A stretch of 44,457 nt of DNA from Desulfobacterales bacterium (GTDB taxonomy: Bacteria; Desulfobacterota; Desulfobacteria; Desulfobacterales; DTYH01). Each line of letters starts with the position of its first letter. Position 1 is the stretch's first letter. The notes beneath the pieces are model-generated. The model was given only the letters and a program-made list of their open reading frames with translations, was not told where the DNA came from and searched no databases. Positions 19,126-28,173 of the stretch are shown here, piece after piece. The DNA lies in assembly GCA_012961955.1 (NCBI GenBank), contig DTYH01000082.1, positions 1 through 44,457 of the forward strand. The letters run 5' to 3'. A program made the translations under genes and the position numbers.

Positions 19126-19659
19126 CCATAGGAACGAGTAAAAAACGGGTTTTGCAAAGGTCTCTGATCGATACCCTGAGGCAGCGAGGTATGCTGCCTC
19201 AGTCCCCGTATAACCTGTATAAACTTCTATTCCGAGGAGAGAGGCGTGTTACCATTTAAGATTATATTAAGATTATATAGGGAACGTATTTAGTTGAGAA
19301 CAGCTCGCCATGAATATCCTTTCACTCCGTGAGGAATAACTCCCTGACATATCCCGGAATCTCAATTGTTGCATCTAACTTCGTGTAATTACTTGTTCTC
19401 TAACACAATCTCACAGCACTTCCGCTTGACCTAATAAGTACCCTATTTATATTAAATAGAGCAGGTAAATTTTCTTTGTAGCCTGGCTTTGGGTATTTGA
19501 CCCAGCCTGATTCCTTTTGTTTAAACCGGTCATTTGACAAACCCGGTACACGAAAGCTTTGGAGTCGTGTCTTAGGCAAGTTTATGTACAAAGAACGCTT
19601 TGATAATGGTAGGTCATTTGAATTTCGACAGTAGCCGTTTAAATTACGATCGTACGACG

Positions 19660-19854
19660 TTGATGAACTCGCAAAAAGTAACTTTGCGAACGAGTTTCAG
19701 CAAATTTGGAAGAAGATTCGGAATGAGCCTCGCGTTAAAATTTTCAAACTGTTTGAGGGCGCAAGCCCGAGTTTTTGAAATTTTGCCAGGCTAATTCTAA
19801 GTCCGAAGATTGGTCACGAAGAGAGCAAAATTAGATTTTTTACGAGACCATCAA
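19660..19854. mobile_element. Family C MITE, 195 bp
   Basis: TIRs TTGATGAACTCGCAAAAAGT and ATTTTTTACGAGACCATCAA match at 16/20. Related copies are at 12025-12100 and 32453-32520. Confidence 0.7.
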
Positions 19855-20035
19855 CCTTAAGATCTTTCTCTGTATGATATTAATAGAGGATCGAAACAGA
19901 TTTTGGGGTTGCGAAGGGGGCTTTTTTGTATATATGATAGAAACATCTTCAGACCAGAAGAAAGACCGCCTCAGCATCTACAGCCCAATATTGTCCTGAT
20001 CATAGGTAATTAATTGATCATAAAGGCAACGTCCT

Positions 20036-21661
20036 ATGGCAGAGACCCCGGAAATTCTTGACAGAGAGTCAAGCAAGCAATGGCTCGTGCGTCTCCCAAC
20101 AGATATAATTGTAACCTGGAGGGAAGAAGAGGGACCTGTTGTGGAAAGGATTCCTCCCAAGGTGGCCGAATGGCTTGGAAAATCAACACATGATTTAGAA
20201 GGTCAGCCCCTTTCCAGAGTCTTTGGTGAGACGCTTCCTGACATAGCATTTATTGCTGAAGAAGTTTATCGGTCATGCATTCCAGTCAGGAATTATCTCG
20301 CGTATTTCAAGGATCATTCCGGTTACAGGCACTCTATTCTTATCCAGGCCGATCTCAAGGATCAAATAGGAAAGAATAGATCCAAGGCTGTTGTTCTACA
20401 CCTGGAGGACGTATCCGATAAGGAAGAGTTTAAGAAAGGACTCGTAGTCCCTAAGAAATTCCACGGCATGGTAGGGCAAGCCCCCGCCATTCTCAATGTC
20501 TTTCGGAAGATTGAAACCTATGGCCCTACTGATGCCCCTGTACTAATCACAGGTGAGACTGGCACAGGAAAGGAACTGGTTGCAAGAGCATTACATCAAT
20601 CAAGCCCGCGTCGAAGGAATCCCTTTGTAGCTGTTAACTGCTGTGCTTTATCATCCGAATTGCTCGAATCAGAACTTTTCGGACATGAAAAAGGGTCTTT
20701 CACGGGAGCGATACGTTCCCACAAGGGTCGATTTGAAAGAGCGGATAGAGGAACACTCTTTCTGGATGAGGTGGGTGACATGCCCCTTAGCGCGCAGGCC
20801 AAGTTATTGCGTGTCCTGGAAGAAAAAGCAGTTGAACGGGTGGGAGGAGAAGAAGAGAAACCAATAGACGTCAGAATAATTACAGCAACAAATGTATCTT
20901 TAGAAGAGGCAGTCTTTCACAAGCGTTTCCGGGCCGATCTTTATCATCGTATTTCCGTACTGCGTATCAACCTCCCGCCCCTTCGTCAACGAACCGGGGA
21001 TATCCCTCTCCTGGTCAACTATTTCCTATCCCTTTTCAATCAGAAGTATAGACGAAACGTAGTCAGGCTAACACGGGAAGCACTTGCACTCTTGGAGAGC
21101 TATTCGTGGCCGGGGAATATTCGAGAACTGCGGAATGTACTCGAACGGGCGTATGTGGAGACTCAAACGAATGTTATAGGGAGGCAGGCTTTTGAGGAAT
21201 GGCTTCGAGAACGTTCGCTTCTTGTTCCCAGCGCCTGGGACATGCATCCGAGACAGACGATGAACGCAAGGACCCGACCGCTTATTACGCCATATGCAGG
21301 CCCACCTCCCCAGTTGGCCTATGATCCCTACCAAATGGGAGAACCACCTCTCGGAGCTGATCTCTGGATCCCTCCTATTTCTCTAGAAAGGGAAACAGAG
21401 GGTCTGACCGGGCCTGCGAAAAACGGTAACGATTTGTCAGATCATAAGATCTATGATATCGATATATCCCATATCAGGTCTACTCAAAGGCGGAAAGAAT
21501 TGACGGAATCCATGATCCGAGACGCCTACACTCGAGCAAAAGGGAACATAACCCGTGCAGCAAAGCTACTCGGTATCCATAGAGCTACCCTGTATCGTCA
21601 TATGAAATCACTCGGCCTTAAAAGGGAGGATCTGGACCATTCATCAGCGGGTATAAACTAA
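20036..21661 (+). CDS. sigma54-dependent Fis-family transcriptional activator with an N-terminal PAS-like domain
   Basis: GETGTGKE, ESELFGHEKGSFTGA, LFLDEVG, QAKLLRVL, FRADLYHR, WPGNIREL, and C-terminal HTH GNITRAAKLLGIHRATLYR. Confidence 0.93.
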   Translation: MAETPEILDRESSKQWLVRLPTDIIVTWREEEGPVVERIPPKVAEWLGKSTHDLEGQPLSRVFGETLPDIAFIAEEVYRSCIPVRNYLAYFKDHSGYRHSILIQADLKDQIGKNRSKAVVLHLEDVSDKEEFKKGLVVPKKFHGMVGQAPAILNVFRKIETYGPTDAPVLITGETGTGKELVARALHQSSPRRRNPFVAVNCCALSSELLESELFGHEKGSFTGAIRSHKGRFERADRGTLFLDEVGDMPLSAQAKLLRVLEEKAVERVGGEEEKPIDVRIITATNVSLEEAVFHKRFRADLYHRISVLRINLPPLRQRTGDIPLLVNYFLSLFNQKYRRNVVRLTREALALLESYSWPGNIRELRNVLERAYVETQTNVIGRQAFEEWLRERSLLVPSAWDMHPRQTMNARTRPLITPYAGPPPQLAYDPYQMGEPPLGADLWIPPISLERETEGLTGPAKNGNDLSDHKIYDIDISHIRSTQRRKELTESMIRDAYTRAKGNITRAAKLLGIHRATLYRHMKSLGLKREDLDHSSAGIN

Positions 21662-21667
21662 ATGGTC

Positions 21668-22188
21668 GTAATTTTGAAGCAAGCCAGTTGGATCAGGGTC
21701 AAGTTGAAGTTACGTGGCAGCATACACGATGTAAGATGCGGGATGCGTGATGCACTCTGCCGGAAGACCTTGCCCGTAAAACCGTGAGAATTCCATACAG
21801 GGCATTAAACCCTGCCCCGTGAGACAGTCGGTCTCTTACAGGACGTGTCAAAACAAGGAGTAATATCTTCTATTTTAACCTCGGGCCTCCGCACGGGCCT
21901 TTTCTAAGAGGGTAAATACAGTTATCCGCGCAACTCTTTTATAAGCAAAACCAGATGTGGCGTGACATGTTATATGCCACCGAAACTGCAGCGGGTATAA
22001 AATCAAATATTGTCGACTCAAAAATGTTATGGCTGTTTGCTTTATTTCCGGTTTTGTATGTAGCCCATAATTAAAACGACCTTTGCCCAATGCTATGTAA
22101 TCTTGTATCTTGCATCCTGTATCGTAAACTCAGTATTCGGGTTGTCTCTTGATGCGGCCGGGTTTGTCTCAAGACGGTAAGGTGTTGC
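21668..22188 (+). mobile_element. Family A element, copy 3, with a nested family B MITE at 21781-21912
   Basis: Aligns to the other copies. The insert is flanked by TAAA at 21777-80 and 21913-16. Confidence 0.75.
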
Positions 22189-22199
22189 AAATGGTCTAT

Positions 22200-23333
22200 T
22201 TATTAGGAAACTTGAATTTTACAGACATAGCCTTGGGCAGGACGAAATAGATTCCCTAATAGAGACACTCTCAGGGGTGTTTTTGAGTGCAGGACCTGCT
22301 ACAGCATGGTTTGAAAAACACTTTGCTGAATATCTGGGGATCGCTCACGTAGTGTAGAACTCGAGTGGTACCCTAGAGCCCAGTTTTTATGCCTAAAAGC
22401 GCTTAGAATCGGCCATGGGAACGAAGTAATTACCAGACCTATGACATTTGTTGCTGCATCCAACGCATTCATCGCGGCCGGGAAAGACCAGTATTTGTAG
22501 ATGTGGAACCAACCACTGGGAATGTTGATGCCGATCTTATAGAAGCGGCTATTACAGTAAGGACGAGGGCCATTATCACTCTTCATCTATATGGTCAGAT
22601 GTGTGACATGCGCACGATTAAAAGGATAGCGGACCAATATTCCCTTGCTGTGATTGAAGACTCGGCCCATTGTGCGGAGGGAGATATAGACGGAATTCGG
22701 CCCGGGCAGTTGAGGAATGCTGCGTGCTTCAGCTTCTTAGCAACAAAGAATATTACCTCTGGTGAAGGAGGGGCTATTGCTACCAACGGCGGGAAACTTG
22801 CTTCAAGGCTTTAAGATTGCACGGGATGAATATAGAGGCTATTTCCTGCTATACCGACACATATCGCCATTGGGCATATGATCACAACGGGGTATAAGGC
22901 GAATATCTTTGGCATCCAGGCTGAACTCCTCTTACCCCAGAACGCCAAGCTTAAGGAAAGACTGAAACAGCGGACAAAAATCTGGCAAACGTAAGACAAC
23001 CGATTTGCCGATGTGAATGGGATTGAGACACCAGCAACCCTACGGGATGTAAATCATGCCCGTCATCTTTATACGATCTGGGTTGAATCAAGACGGAGGG
23101 ATGCCACCCTTTTGGCCCTTCAGAAAAAAGGGATTGGGGCGGCCGTAAACTACCGAGCTGTTCACCTACTCGATTTCTACAAAAAAGCCTTTGGGTATGA
23201 AAAGGGCTCCTTCCCTATAGCTGAACGTATAGGAGATCGGACAATTACCCTTCCTTTACACCCATCTCTTCCTGATGAGAAGGTCGAGAGGGTGATTAAG
23301 ACCGTGCGTGAAGTGGTAACAGAGTTGATCTAA
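22200..23333 (+). pseudogene. DegT/DnrJ/EryC1/StrS aminotransferase pseudogene
   Basis: Fragments GP....FEKHFAEYLG, EVIT.PMTFVA, LHLYGQMCDM, IEDSAH, SFLATKNITSGEGG and FPIAERIGDRTITLPLHP are separated by stops and frameshifts. Confidence 0.88.
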
Positions 23334-23461
23334 TCAGCTTGTAATACTTTTAGCTCTTTGAAAAGGATGTGTATGGGTAGCCCCTTGTAAGCTTATAGGA
23401 GGGGAGAGCAATCTTCTCAGAGAGCTGAAGTGTTACAGCAGTTTAAACATAGGCACATTAA

Positions 23462-23896
23462 ATGAAAAAACCAAGGATCATACTGGATACGAATGTATAT
23501 ATTTCTGCCTATTTTAATCCATCAAGCCATTCAAGCAGGATATTGAGCTGGATAGAGAAGGGGAGCGCAGAGCTCCTTATTTCAGACCCTATCCGGAAGG
23601 AGAATCTGTTCATTCTGAAAAGAATTCCTGTGATTTCCAAGGCCTACCTTTTCAGGATAGACTCCATTATTAAACTTGCAACAAGGATAGATCCAGTAGA
23701 GAAGGTCTATCTGATCCGGGACGACCCGGATGACAACAAGTTTTTGGAGATCGCTAGACTTGCTGACTACATAATATCCAACGATACACATCTCCTAAGT
23801 ATAGGGCTGTTTCATGGATGTAGAGTGGTTACCTCTGCAAGGTTTGTCAACTGGTTCTTAACGCAACAAAGATCAGACTTGAGTTTCACACCCTAA
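23462..23896 (+). CDS. PIN-domain protein (putative toxin component family)
   Basis: ILDTNVYISA, RDDPDDNKFLE, ADYIISND.HLL. Confidence 0.85.
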   Translation: MKKPRIILDTNVYISAYFNPSSHSSRILSWIEKGSAELLISDPIRKENLFILKRIPVISKAYLFRIDSIIKLATRIDPVEKVYLIRDDPDDNKFLEIARLADYIISNDTHLLSIGLFHGCRVVTSARFVNWFLTQQRSDLSFTP

Positions 23897-24250
23897 TACC
23901 TGATATACGACGAGCCGTTTCTCGACAAATGCCTTTGTGGAAAAGAATGTGACTCATTTGAGACCACCAGGGAAATCCGTTTTACACCTTCCATTTCGTC
24001 GATAAGACCAGGGTTCGTAAGTATGTTCCCTTTGTTTAAGGGTGCGTAACTTGAGGGTTAAAGATTTAGTAACTGTCTATCCTTTTAAGCAAACTGACAA
24101 TATGAAACGTCAAACCGAATACAAGGATTACGATACAGGTTCATGAGTCATGCATCATGTGTCTTGACTTGTTTGAGCTCTACACTTCAAATGGTCAACT
24201 GCTCCTTTTTTCAAAGAACTAAAGTGTCACAATTAAGGATATAAAGAATC

Positions 24251-25363
24251 ATGGGGTCTTGCAGACATTGTGGAAGAACCGGCCGGGATGTGTCTTCCAC
24301 GGTTGCGTTCTGCGCCGATTGTATTCGTGAACATTTCGATCAGGTCTGGCCCGAGATCGAATCGGTTCATCGCCAAAGCAGAAGCCTGTACGGTCTTCCA
24401 TTAACCCCTCCATACGAAGATAAAGGGATCACCTGCGGTATCTGTTTTCATCACTGTCAGATCCCTGATGGCAAAACCGGATTTTGTGGCCTTCGGTATC
24501 ATGAGAATGGAAAAATAAAGGGGGGTAGACCTCATGAGGGGAATCTGTCCTATTATTTTGATCCTCTCCCCACCAATTGCGTGGCGAGTTTTGTCTGTCC
24601 AGGAGGGGTGGGAAGTGGATACCCTCACTATGCAAATCTAGAGGGGCCTGAATATGGCTACAAGAATCTGGCCGTGTTTTATCACGCATGTTCATTCAAT
24701 TGCCTATACTGTCAAAACTACCACTTTAAGCAAAGAACGCCCTTATCTGTAAGAATTTCAGCTAAGGAGCTGGCAGGAGTGGTAGACACAAACACGTCCT
24801 GTATCTGTTACTTTGGAGGCGATCCAACACCTCAAATTATGCATGCACTCAAATCAGCAAGGATTGCCTTGAAGAGGCTTTCCGGTCGCATACTGAGGAT
24901 CTGTTGGGAGACCAACGGAGCCATGGAAGAACCGTTCTTAAGTATGATGGCAGATGTCACCCTCTCCTCAGGGGGCTGTATCAAGTTTGATCTCAAGGCG
25001 TGGGACGAAGGAATCCATAAGGCCTTATGTGGAGTATCCAACAGAAAGACCCTGGCGAACTTTAAGAAGTTAAGTCGTCTTATTCCAAGGCGGCCGGAAC
25101 CTCCTTTTTTGATCGCAAGCACCCTTCTGGTTCCAGGATATGTGGATAAAGAAGAGGTAGCCGGCATCGCCCGCTTTATTGCATCCCTGGACCCAAATAT
25201 TCCGTACAGTTTGCTTGCCTTTCATCCTCAATTCTTTATGTACGACCTTCCGCCCACATCACGGAGACATGCCTCACGGTGTAAGGAGGCTGCCCAGAGT
25301 GAGGGACTTCATCGTGTCCACCTTGGGAATACTCATCTGTTAGGAGATGATTATACTTGCTGA
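24251..25363 (+). CDS. Radical SAM protein, PflA/AmmeMemoRadiSam-like, with N-terminal Cys-rich modules
   Basis: CSFNCLYCQN, YFGGDP, WETNG, KFDLKA, STLLVPGY, AFHP. N-terminal CxxC..CxxC and CxxCxxxC..GFCG. Confidence 0.85.
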   Translation: MGSCRHCGRTGRDVSSTVAFCADCIREHFDQVWPEIESVHRQSRSLYGLPLTPPYEDKGITCGICFHHCQIPDGKTGFCGLRYHENGKIKGGRPHEGNLSYYFDPLPTNCVASFVCPGGVGSGYPHYANLEGPEYGYKNLAVFYHACSFNCLYCQNYHFKQRTPLSVRISAKELAGVVDTNTSCICYFGGDPTPQIMHALKSARIALKRLSGRILRICWETNGAMEEPFLSMMADVTLSSGGCIKFDLKAWDEGIHKALCGVSNRKTLANFKKLSRLIPRRPEPPFLIASTLLVPGYVDKEEVAGIARFIASLDPNIPYSLLAFHPQFFMYDLPPTSRRHASRCKEAAQSEGLHRVHLGNTHLLGDDYTC

Positions 25364-25599
25364 ATAATGTGTATCCCTTTAGAGGCTATTCCTCATGTGC
25401 ATGCTACAAACGAAGCTCATTGCTATGCGAACTTTTGTGCCACAGTCATACCGATTAGGCTTAAGTTGTGATGTGCTGCCTAAAAAATATGGCCATGGCG
25501 GCCTTCAACTGCGTAAAGCCAGCATGTTAAGCAACCTATTTTTTTAAGGAACTGTAACGTTTCTCGATTCTATCTATATTGAAAGGAGGGTCAAGAAAA

Positions 25600-27561
25600 G
25601 TGAGTTTTGAAGTGATCTTTTTCCCCTGTGAGAAATCTATCGTTGTGGAAGAAGGTGCTAACCTCCTCCTGACCGCTTTAGAGGCAGGTGTACATATCAA
25701 TGCATCCTGTGGCGGAGAAGGTGTGTGTGGAAAGTGCAGGGTAATTATAGAAGAGGGAGAGGTCGAGGGAGGAAGAAGCGAAAAACTGAGTGAAGAGGAG
25801 TTTGAAAAAGGCTACCGTCAGGCCTGTCTCTGTCGAGTAAAGAGCGATCTTCACGTCCGCATACCTGCTGAATCGACTCTCGAGGCATCGTCCCTCAATC
25901 TCCAGATTGCACCGCGACGAAAAGCCCGCATCCAGGAGATGAATTTGGATGAGCTAAAAGAAAGGGGGCTCTTTTTCCCGCCTGTGGAGAAGAAATACCT
26001 GAAAATTCCACCCCCTTCTCTTGAAGATAATGTTTCTGATGTTACCCGCGTCATCCGAGAATTGAAGTTCAACCACAATGAACACCGGTTAGATGTTGAT
26101 CTGTCTGTTATCCGCAAAGTCCCACGTGTCTTGCGTGAGGGCGATTTCAAGGTAACAGTTACGTTGGCCCGACCGGTACGTGACGAAAATAAGACCCGAA
26201 TTATAAATGTTCAGGCTAATGACAGGACCAGCCGCAATTATGCTCTAGCATTCGATGTAGGTACCACAACCATCTATGGACAGTTGATTGATCTTTTAGA
26301 CGGTAACGTGCTGGCGCAATACGGTGAATACAATGCCCAACTTAGCCATGGTGAGGACGTCATATCACGGATTGCGTATGCTGAAAAACCAGGGGGTCTT
26401 GCCAAGATGCATGAACTGGTAGTCGGTACTATCAACACGATCATTGAGAGATTGATGCTGAGGGCAAAGATCGACCTGGAGGACATATCCAGCATTACGT
26501 TAGCAGGAAATACTACCATGACTCACCTCCTTCTGGCCATTGACCCCAGTAACATCAGACGTGCCCCGTATGTTCCTGTTTCAACGCTCTATCCTCCAAT
26601 AAGGGCAGTGGATCTGGGTCTGGCTGTTGGGGAGTATGTGACCGCCCTCGTATATCCTGTAATCTCAAGTTATGTGGGGGGAGACATTGTCTCGGGAGTC
26701 ATGGGATCAGGATTGTATAGGGCAGAAGAATTGACTCTCTTTATCGACATTGGTACTAACGGCGAAATCGTAGTAGGCAATAAAGACTGGATGGCCTGTG
26801 CAGCCTGTTCTGCTGGACCCGCCTTTGAAGGCGGGGGTATTCAGCATGGAATGAGAGCTACCAAGGGAGCCATAGAAGATTTTTCGTTAGACCCTATTAC
26901 ATTAGAGCCTATGAACATCACGATAGGCAATGTTCGTCCCAAAGGGATTTGTGGTTCCGGCCTTATCATTATTGTGGCCACCCTGTTTGAGGCTGGAGTG
27001 ATTGATCAACGGGGAAAGTTCAATCCAGATCTGAAAAGCGAAAGGATCCGCAAAAAGGACGATCAATATGAGTTTGTATTGAGCCGGGCTGAGGAAACAC
27101 AAATAGGCAGAGACCTGGTAATTACTGAGGCTGATATCGACAACCTCATCCGTGCCAAGGGTGCCATGTATGCCGGTTATATGACCCTGCTTGAAGAGGT
27201 CGGTCTGGAAATCACCGATATCCAGCGAATTATGCTCGCAGGGGGCTTTGGTAGTTATATTGATCTGGAACGTGCAATTACGATCGGCCTCCTCCCTGAG
27301 ATTGACCCGGAAAAGATCATTTTTGTCGGCAACGGATCACTTATGGGGGCAAAGATGAGTTCATTAACCAATCGGATAAGAAAGGATGTAAGCGATGTCG
27401 TAAAGAAGATGACCAACTTTGAGCTGTCTGAAACCAAATCTTTCATGGATCATTACGTGGCATCCCTTTTCTTGCCCCATACCGATATCAACCTTTTCCC
27501 ACGCCTAAAGAAGAGGTTGGAAGCACGTAATGAAACTTATCAACATGCGATCAGTATTTGA
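25600..27561 (+). CDS. ASKHA-domain reductive activator of corrinoid proteins (RACo/AcsV-like) with an N-terminal 2Fe-2S domain
   Basis: CGGEGVCGKC...ACLC, AFDVGTTT, GEDVISRI, AGNTTM, YVGGDI, IDIGTNGE, CSAGPAFEG, GICGSG, LAGGFG. GTG start follows AGGAGG. Confidence 0.9.
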   Translation: MSFEVIFFPCEKSIVVEEGANLLLTALEAGVHINASCGGEGVCGKCRVIIEEGEVEGGRSEKLSEEEFEKGYRQACLCRVKSDLHVRIPAESTLEASSLNLQIAPRRKARIQEMNLDELKERGLFFPPVEKKYLKIPPPSLEDNVSDVTRVIRELKFNHNEHRLDVDLSVIRKVPRVLREGDFKVTVTLARPVRDENKTRIINVQANDRTSRNYALAFDVGTTTIYGQLIDLLDGNVLAQYGEYNAQLSHGEDVISRIAYAEKPGGLAKMHELVVGTINTIIERLMLRAKIDLEDISSITLAGNTTMTHLLLAIDPSNIRRAPYVPVSTLYPPIRAVDLGLAVGEYVTALVYPVISSYVGGDIVSGVMGSGLYRAEELTLFIDIGTNGEIVVGNKDWMACAACSAGPAFEGGGIQHGMRATKGAIEDFSLDPITLEPMNITIGNVRPKGICGSGLIIIVATLFEAGVIDQRGKFNPDLKSERIRKKDDQYEFVLSRAEETQIGRDLVITEADIDNLIRAKGAMYAGYMTLLEEVGLEITDIQRIMLAGGFGSYIDLERAITIGLLPEIDPEKIIFVGNGSLMGAKMSSLTNRIRKDVSDVVKKMTNFELSETKSFMDHYVASLFLPHTDINLFPRLKKRLEARNETYQHAISI

Positions 27562-27920
27562 CATAAATTGAGCGATTGTAGAGTTTGCCGAAGACACAAG
27601 GCGGCAAGGGTGCAGAAATACCCCGGTATTTCAAGCCTTTCCCAACGCAGCAGATTCGGTAAATCCCCGCAGAAGACAAAAGAATTAAACTCCTAGCTCC
27701 TCAATGAAATAGAGGGATAAGTAGCTGTCCTGTATCCTACGAGAGGGTAGAGATCTCTAACGGGGTAAAATCTACAATTCCGAAGGGTTACAAATTTTGG
27801 TTTCTTTCAATTCGAAAGTGACCACCCAATGGGTTACTTTTGCATAGCGCAAGCAATACACCTATTTGAAATTAAACACTTTTGCTAATCATATCAACAT
27901 TTGTAACGCTCAATTTAGGT
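27561..27920. mobile_element. Composite MITE with a nested family B-like insertion
   Basis: Outer TIR ACATAAATTGAGCG / CGCTCAATTTAGGT (13/14). The insertion at 27664-27765 ends CTCTAACGGGG and is flanked by TAAA/TAAA. Confidence 0.65.
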
Positions 27921-27967
27921 TTAAGAACGCTGTATAGATACATGATTTATTCTTAGGAGCCCATGAA

Positions 27968-28156
27968 ATGAACGCAGAAAATAACCGCGATCCTCATCCT
28001 TCCATTACGAACCCTGTCAAAGACAAAAATAAAGGGCGGTGGAAACGATTCTTGGAATGGCTATCCCAGGCCAACAGAACATCATCTGGATCTCTCTGCA
28101 AATACTGAGGTACAGGAACAAAGGGTGTAGGTTACACAAAAAAACAGAAAAGATAG
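27968..28156 (+). CDS. Small protein (46 aa to TGA, 62 aa if the UGA encodes Sec); candidate selenoprotein
   Basis: RBS AGGAG lies 8 nt before the ATG. MNAENNRDPHPSITNPVKDKNKGRWKRFLEWLSQANRTSSGSLCKY-TGA(28106-08)-GTGTKGVGYTKKQKR-TAG, with the hairpin GTGTA-GGT-TACAC downstream of the TGA. Confidence 0.5.
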
Positions 28157-28173
28157 CGCAAACCTTTTGGATC

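Noticed and set aside
12456-22188. CRISPR array or integron attC cassette array
   Set aside because: The repeats are long, dispersed, degenerate and in both orientations. There are no regular spacers, cas genes or integrase, and the fit to attC core sites is poor.
23897-23945. Possible crotonase C-terminal remnant on the minus strand (TKAFVEKR)
   Set aside because: Only about 8 residues are similar, which is compatible with chance.
25420-25445. sigma54 promoter TGGCACAAAAGTTCGC on the minus strand; a similar case is at 5915-5935
   Set aside because: The GG-N10-GC spacing is not met, and the 25420 site points antisense into a gene.
25355-25470. Sec read-through at the radical SAM C-terminus (TC-TGA); the same idea applies to trpB2 (PC-TGA)
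   Set aside because: Both proteins are already full length for their families and no convincing SECIS hairpin follows.
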